This document shows, piece by piece, positions 26,888-32,013 of a DNA stretch of 32,013 nt. Made by a program: the position numbers and the translations under genes. Numbering within the stretch: position 1 is the first letter of the stretch; every line of letters begins with the position of its first letter. Under the pieces are notes generated by a model, which was not told the DNA's origin, made no database searches, and saw only the letters and a program-made list of their open reading frames with translations. This stretch comes from Promethearchaeota archaeon (GTDB taxonomy: Archaea > Asgardarchaeota > Lokiarchaeia > Sigyniarchaeales > SOKP01), in contig JAHLWH010000138.1 in assembly GCA_019058015.1 (NCBI GenBank), positions 1-32,013 on the forward strand, read 5' to 3'.

Positions 26888-27658
26888 ACCATTTTGATTT
26901 GGATATAAAGATATTTTACGACCTATTCTTTTAAGGGAAATTAAATTCTTTTCAAATAATTTATCGATATGATATTTTACAGAACTCCTTTTTAAATTTA
27001 ATTGACGAGCAATTTTACTAGAAAAAATTCCTGGATTCTTTTCGATAATATCTAAAATTTTTAAAGAAGTTTTTGATTTTATGAGAAATATACGGGAATC
27101 ATCATTCTCTTTTAGATTTACAATATTAGGAAAAAAAACAACATATTGACCAATTTTTTCCTTTCTAATTATTCCGTATCGCAGTAATACATGTAAATGC
27201 CATTGTAATTGTCCTTTTTGTAAATTACATTGTCGAAGAAGTTCATTATTATGAATACCTGGTTTTTCAAGGATTTGATTTATAATTTTTTTGCGATTTT
27301 CATTTTCAAATATATCATTAAACGAAAGATAATAGTTAAGTTGTAATGGAACTGTTTTCCTTTTAAAATATTCTCTAAATTGATCAAAAGTTATTGAGAT
27401 AGAAATTGAAATTAAGATTATTATTGGAATTAATAAGAATATAATAAATAACCAATCAAAAAAAGTGATTTCAATACCAAATATATCGAGAATTGATATA
27501 ATTTTGATGGATAATAAGAGAGATAGTAGAATTATTATTGATATTATTACTATAATTTTAAAAAGGTATAATTTGCGGGAATTTTCCTTTATATTTAATT
27601 CTTTCATACTTTTTAAATAAATATCTTTTTTTTTAATATCAATGAGAAAAAATTTCAA
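26876..27658 (-). CDS. Membrane-anchored double winged-HTH transcriptional regulator
   Basis: Two N-terminal TM segments, then NENRKKII...PGIHNNELLR...QLQWHL and NPGIFSSKIARQL...VKYHIDKL. The start is uncertain. Confidence 0.75.
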   Translation of the reverse strand: MKFFLIDIKKKDIYLKSMKELNIKENSRKLYLFKIIVIISIIILLSLLLSIKIISILDIFGIEITFFDWLFIIFLLIPIIILISISISITFDQFREYFKRKTVPLQLNYYLSFNDIFENENRKKIINQILEKPGIHNNELLRQCNLQKGQLQWHLHVLLRYGIIRKEKIGQYVVFFPNIVNLKENDDSRIFLIKSKTSLKILDIIEKNPGIFSSKIARQLNLKRSSVKYHIDKLFEKNLISLKRIGRKISLYPNQNGLFQ

Positions 27659-27703
27659 AACTTTAAATATATTTATCTTAATATATTTTATGTTTAGTTG
27701 AGT

Positions 27704-28297
27704 TTACTTACCTGTTCTTGCTTTAAATACATTTATGAATGGGAGCATAAATGAAACTTTTTCTGCATATTCTAAAAATTCTCCTTCAAATTTTGCTTTT
27801 AACGATAGATCTTCAATCTTACCTAACATAATATAAAGTACTACCTCTGCAACCCATATAAATAATATCCCCGAATAATCTACCATGATTCCGGGTATTA
27901 TACTAATCGGTGATGTTGTTCGAAGGCAAAATAAAGTAAGTCCTAATGTCATAATTATTATTCCGAGGTATTGAGGATGTCGTATGTATTTATAAAGTCC
28001 CGTTATAATTAATCCATTTTTTCTATTTCGAATTAAATGAATCAAAGAATAAAGAAAAACAACTGTACCTAAGATAGTTAAGTATGATTCAGGTGAAAAA
28101 AGAAAAAAGAGAAAATCTTTCCATGCTAAACTAGGATTTATGAAGAAAAACGTCAAATATCCTATTAGTGGCAAACTCATGATTCCAAACCAAATTGTAG
28201 TATTTGGGACATATTGCAAGATTGGAATAAAATAACCTGAGAATTTCAAAATAAAATCTTTTATTTTTTTTTCTTTATTGCATTTTTCTTCTTCCAA
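27704..28297 (-). CDS. ICMT/PEMT-family membrane methyltransferase
   Basis: LIITGLYKYIRHPQYLG and IEDLSLKAKFEGEFLEYAEKVSFMLP. Confidence 0.82.
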   Translation of the reverse strand: MEEEKCNKEKKIKDFILKFSGYFIPILQYVPNTTIWFGIMSLPLIGYLTFFFINPSLAWKDFLFFLFSPESYLTILGTVVFLYSLIHLIRNRKNGLIITGLYKYIRHPQYLGIIIMTLGLTLFCLRTTSPISIIPGIMVDYSGILFIWVAEVVLYIMLGKIEDLSLKAKFEGEFLEYAEKVSFMLPFINVFKARTGK

Positions 28298-28416
28298 TTA
28301 AACCACACTATTTTTTTAATGAAAATTCCTTGATAATCTACAATTGATTCACCTTATAAAGTTTTAAGGTGCACTTTTTAAACATTTTATATTTACGTCT
28401 AATAAAATAAATAAAT

Positions 28417-28461
28417 CATATTTAGATATAGATGAAAAAAGTAAACGGATGAGAGTCACAA
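28417..28461 (+). repeat. 45-nt degenerate copy of CoA-transferase B coding sequence (26595-26639)
   Basis: catatttagatatagatgaaaaaagtaaacggatgagagtcacaa versus catatttagattttaatgaaaacagtaagcggatgagagtcgcaa, 39/45 identical and ungapped. Confidence 0.75.
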
Positions 28462-28525
28462 ATAGCAATGGAAAAAAGATTTCTAGAGTTGTAAATAATG
28501 GAATAAGGGAAGAATGAAGAATATT

Positions 28526-29500
28526 TTAATCTGATTTTTTCATTTCAAATTTTACATTACTAAATAAATCATGAACCATATCATAAATTTTAAACTTTTT
28601 ACCCTGTAAAACAGAATTAGAAATTTTATTTAGATCATCTTCACTTATCAGACTTTCTAGAACCTTTCCTATTTTGGATGATAGTAATTCTTCTATTTTA
28701 TATGCAAATCTATGCTTTTTCTTTTCTTTCAGTAATTCAGAAAGCTCAAGGTGTTCTTTATGATACAATATCTTTTCTATTAATTTATCAACTCCTTCCC
28801 CAGTAATAGAATTTGTCATTACAACCGGTGCCCTCCAACCGCTTTGGACAGTTGCATCGTCAAGCATCATTTCCATTTGCACAACAATATCTTCCCCCCC
28901 TAAATCTTTTTTATTTACAACATAAATATCTCCAACTTCAATTATTCCGGCTTTTTGTATCTGTATCGAATCTCCATACCCAGGAACCATTATTACAATT
29001 GTAGTATAAGCTAAATTATAAATATCAAATTCGGATTGACCTACACCTACTGTTTCAATTATAATAAAATCCATTCCGAAAGCTTCATATAATAAGCTTA
29101 TGTCAAAAACAGCTCGTGAAATACCACCTTTATAACCTCTCGATGCAAGGCTACGTATAAATATATTTGGATGTAAAGAAATGTCCGTCATCCTTACTCT
29201 ATCTCCTAGAAAAGCTCCTCCAGTAAAAGGTGAGGTTGGATCTACAGAAATAATTCCGATTGACTTTCCATTTTCTAATAAAATCTTTGAAAAAGCATTA
29301 ACTAAAGTGCTTTTTCCTACGCCTGGAGACCCAGTTATTCCAATAATATAAGAATCGTTTTCTGAACTATCAAAATTATTAAAAATGTTAGTAGTGGTTT
29401 CAGGATTATTTTCAACAAGAGTTATAAGCCTTGCTAAAGCAATTTTATCCTTTTTTTTAAATTTCTCAATTAAAACATCAATGTCATAATTTCGCTTCAA
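28526..29500 (-). CDS. meaB: MeaB/ArgK GTPase, chaperone of B12 mutases
   Basis: GITGSPGVGKST, VDPTSPFTGGAFLGDRVRM, ETVGVGQSE and VVNK. Confidence 0.93.
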   Translation of the reverse strand: MKRNYDIDVLIEKFKKKDKIALARLITLVENNPETTTNIFNNFDSSENDSYIIGITGSPGVGKSTLVNAFSKILLENGKSIGIISVDPTSPFTGGAFLGDRVRMTDISLHPNIFIRSLASRGYKGGISRAVFDISLLYEAFGMDFIIIETVGVGQSEFDIYNLAYTTIVIMVPGYGDSIQIQKAGIIEVGDIYVVNKKDLGGEDIVVQMEMMLDDATVQSGWRAPVVMTNSITGEGVDKLIEKILYHKEHLELSELLKEKKKHRFAYKIEELLSSKIGKVLESLISEDDLNKISNSVLQGKKFKIYDMVHDLFSNVKFEMKKSD

Positions 29501-29575
29501 ATAAAAATAACACCAAATATATCGTTTATTCTTTTTTAATTAGAATAAGAATCAACTATTCTTAATTATTAACCA

Positions 29576-29980
29576 TTATTTTTTGATATTTTCTACAATA
29601 AATTTAGTGATATCTGCAACGACAGTTCCAGGACCATAGACATTTGCTACACCCATTTCTTTTAATGTGGGAAAATCCATCACCGGAATTACACCACCAA
29701 CAAGTATTAAAAAGTGGTCTTTTACACCTTTTTCTTTTAGGAGATTTATGACTCTTTCAGTATATGCTAAATGAGCCCCTGAATGCATACTTAAACCAAT
29801 AACATCAACATCTTCACTAATCGCAGACTCAACGATTTGTTCGACATTTTGAAACCCTCCAAATATCACTTCCATACCAGCGTCTCTTAAACCTCTTGAA
29901 ACAACCACGCCACCTCGCCAATGACCATCAATACCTGGTTTTGACATCAAAACTCTAATTTTTTTACTCAAGATATTCAC
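29576..29980 (-). CDS. Acyl-CoA mutase small (cobalamin-binding) subunit
   Basis: KPGIDGHWRG (DxHxxG), DVIGLS and VGGVIP. Confidence 0.9.
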   Translation of the reverse strand: MNILSKKIRVLMSKPGIDGHWRGGVVVSRGLRDAGMEVIFGGFQNVEQIVESAISEDVDVIGLSMHSGAHLAYTERVINLLKEKGVKDHFLILVGGVIPVMDFPTLKEMGVANVYGPGTVVADITKFIVENIKK

Positions 29981-29991
29981 TCTCCTTTAAG

Positions 29992-31665
29992 TTAAATGGC
30001 GATGGGCGGCTCCCATATGCCCCAGACTTCTCTATATATATCGCATATTTCACCAACTGTTGCTCCTTCTTTTGTTATTTCCATCATAATGGGCATTACA
30101 TTCTCTTCTTTTTCACATACTTTTCGTAATTTATCAAAAAGTGTTTCTAATTTTGTGTTATCTCTTCGCTTTCGCAAATTAATAATCCTTTCTTGTTCAA
30201 TTTTCACGGCTTCTTTATTAGTTCTAAATACAGTTGTTGTTTGATCATAAGGAACTGGAAATTTATTGACTCCAAGCACGATTTCTTCTCCTTTTTCAAT
30301 ACGATTTTGCCTACGCATAAAAGCATCTCTCATTTCCTTATATAACCAGCCTGTATCTAATGCTCTAGCAATATTTCCAACCTTTTCAATTTTATCTATA
30401 TAAGACAACACTCTTTCTTCGAGCTCATCAGTTAGCCACTCGATAAAATAAGAACCCGCTAATGGATCAATAGTATTTGGAACTCTTGTTTCATCCTGTA
30501 TTACTTGTTGGGTTCTTAAAGCAAGTAAAACTGCTTCTTCGGAAGGTAAGCAAATTGCCTCATCATAAGAATTTGTGTGGAGTGATTGGACTCCGCCTAA
30601 TGCTGCTTCTAAAGCTTGAATTGTTGTTCTTACTATATTTACATTAGGGGATTGAGCAGTTAAGGAGCTTCCAGCAGTTTGAACATGAAACCTAAATTCC
30701 ATAGATCTTGGATTTTTTGCTTCGTATCTATCTTTTATAAGCTTATGCCAAATCCTTCTTGCTGCTCTATATTTAGCTATTTCTTCAAAAAAATCCTTAT
30801 GAGCTGAAAGATGGAATGCAAGGCGACTAACAAAATCGTCAACTTTCCAACCTCTCTCAATTAAATTATCAATATGAGAACATGCACTTGCAAATACAAA
30901 TCCTAATTCTTGAATTGCATCAATTCCACCTTCCCTATAATTATATCCCGTAAAATTAATAGGATGCCACCTTGGGACATTTTTTTGTGGTACACACCAC
31001 TCAATTAAATCACAAGCTAATCGAAGAATATGATAAGGATTTACATTTTTATAAGGAACATATCCAACCGTCATTGTTAAGATATCATTTTGTGTTGTTC
31101 CCATCAATGCTTTAATATCAAGTCCACGCATTTTCGCCATATTATAATACATTGCACATACAGGTGCTGAAGTAAAGGGCTCAACTATTAATGCAACACT
31201 AACTTTATCAATTGGTAGTCCTTCTGTAAGGGCAAACATGCTGTCAATACAATATAATGGGACTCCTGATGTTCCAACTTCCGCATCTCCGTCAGGATTA
31301 GTTGGATCTATACCATTAAATGTTAAAGCATCAACAGCTGCACTAAATCCTGTTTCTCCATGAGAATATAAAAACTTCCATCTCTTATTAGTCGCTTCAG
31401 GTGTCCCATGCCCTGAAAACAATCTCATAGTCCATAATCGTCCTCTGTACATGTTTGGATATACTCCTCTGGTATAAGGAGTGTTTCCAGGAAAACCTAC
31501 ATTCTCTAAATAATTGCTCTTTACATCTAATGGAGTATATAAATTTTTAATTGGAATTCCTGAATCCGTGATAAATTTTATTTCACGTTCTTTTGTATTT
31601 TCAAATTTTTTGTCCCATTCTTGCTTCCTTTCTTTAATTTTTTGAAGGTAATTCTCATCAAACAT
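29992..31665 (-). CDS. Acyl-CoA mutase large (substrate-binding) subunit, methylmalonyl-CoA mutase family with atypical active site
   Basis: PYTRGVYPNMYRGRLWTMR, GTTQNDIL, FFEEIAKYRAARRIW, HVQTAG, QSLHTNSYDEA and DPLAGSY. Confidence 0.92.
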   Translation of the reverse strand: MFDENYLQKIKERKQEWDKKFENTKEREIKFITDSGIPIKNLYTPLDVKSNYLENVGFPGNTPYTRGVYPNMYRGRLWTMRLFSGHGTPEATNKRWKFLYSHGETGFSAAVDALTFNGIDPTNPDGDAEVGTSGVPLYCIDSMFALTEGLPIDKVSVALIVEPFTSAPVCAMYYNMAKMRGLDIKALMGTTQNDILTMTVGYVPYKNVNPYHILRLACDLIEWCVPQKNVPRWHPINFTGYNYREGGIDAIQELGFVFASACSHIDNLIERGWKVDDFVSRLAFHLSAHKDFFEEIAKYRAARRIWHKLIKDRYEAKNPRSMEFRFHVQTAGSSLTAQSPNVNIVRTTIQALEAALGGVQSLHTNSYDEAICLPSEEAVLLALRTQQVIQDETRVPNTIDPLAGSYFIEWLTDELEERVLSYIDKIEKVGNIARALDTGWLYKEMRDAFMRRQNRIEKGEEIVLGVNKFPVPYDQTTTVFRTNKEAVKIEQERIINLRKRRDNTKLETLFDKLRKVCEKEENVMPIMMEITKEGATVGEICDIYREVWGIWEPPIAI

Positions 31666-32013
31666 TAAATAATCACGAATTTTTATTATAAATTAATATT
31701 TATCTAACTAAATATAATTATAATAAACAACTAAAAAATTTAATCTTTTAAACTCAGTTCAAATATTTGAAAAAAATTGTGTAAAAGTGGATTCTAAGAT
31801 TTCAATTCAAATATATGCAGTTGTATCTGAATTTGTTACAATCTAGAGATATAATATCTAAATTTATTATCATCAATCTGCCATGCATAAAAAAAACATC
31901 AAAAGCTTTTTTTGTATCCCATAGATTCTTTATATTTTTAATTCCATTGTAAAGATCCGTTAAAAGTGGCTTATCACATGGATATTTTCTATGTGATGGA
32001 TATAGTTCAAGAT

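Noticed and set aside
2293-30244. Antisense or nested track ORFs (e.g. 2293-2523, 2548-2817, 2988-3191, 4226-4579, 9119-9400, 9599-9832, 9977-10324, 17229-17833, 21882-22241, 26271-26582, 29996-30244)
   Set aside because: They are shadows overlapping well-supported genes and have no recognisable motifs.
31740-32013. Possible 3' part of a minus-strand ORF and a hairpin ATCACATGGA/TCTATGTGAT near 31973-31997
   Set aside because: The region is truncated by the window edge, no family is recognisable, and the hairpin lacks the AUGA/GA SECIS core.

Overview
AT-rich archaeal window whose gene content and RNA motifs point to an Asgard (Lokiarchaeia-like) genome; the taxonomy is an inference. From left to right it contains: a partial ADP-forming acetate-CoA ligase; a damaged MNT-HEPN toxin-antitoxin pair; a hdrA-vhuD(mvhD)-fdhB/frhB-like operon in which hdrA and vhuD each carry two in-frame UGA (Sec) codons and are followed by a eukaryote-like SECIS; a TlpA/CcdA redox cassette; an arsenic-type island (acr3, two ArsR, four DGC-domain proteins with one fused to GcvH, a stand-alone HdrA N-terminal domain, a ferredoxin, DUF166 and an internally deleted arsP-like gene); a box C/D sRNA; class I GAPDH; an ABC exporter with HxlR; CoA-transferase A/B; and meaB with an atypical B12 acyl-CoA mutase. 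The main find is a minus-strand gene directly behind acr3 (about 9040-8585). It reads ...PDAGC-UGA-UGA-EKVKQ..., stays open for 36 more codons, and is followed 11 nt later by a SECIS with the same geometry as the vhuD SECIS. This makes it a candidate new Cys-Sec-Sec selenoprotein in an arsenic-resistance context. A third, orphan copy of the SECIS lies at about 5994-6062.
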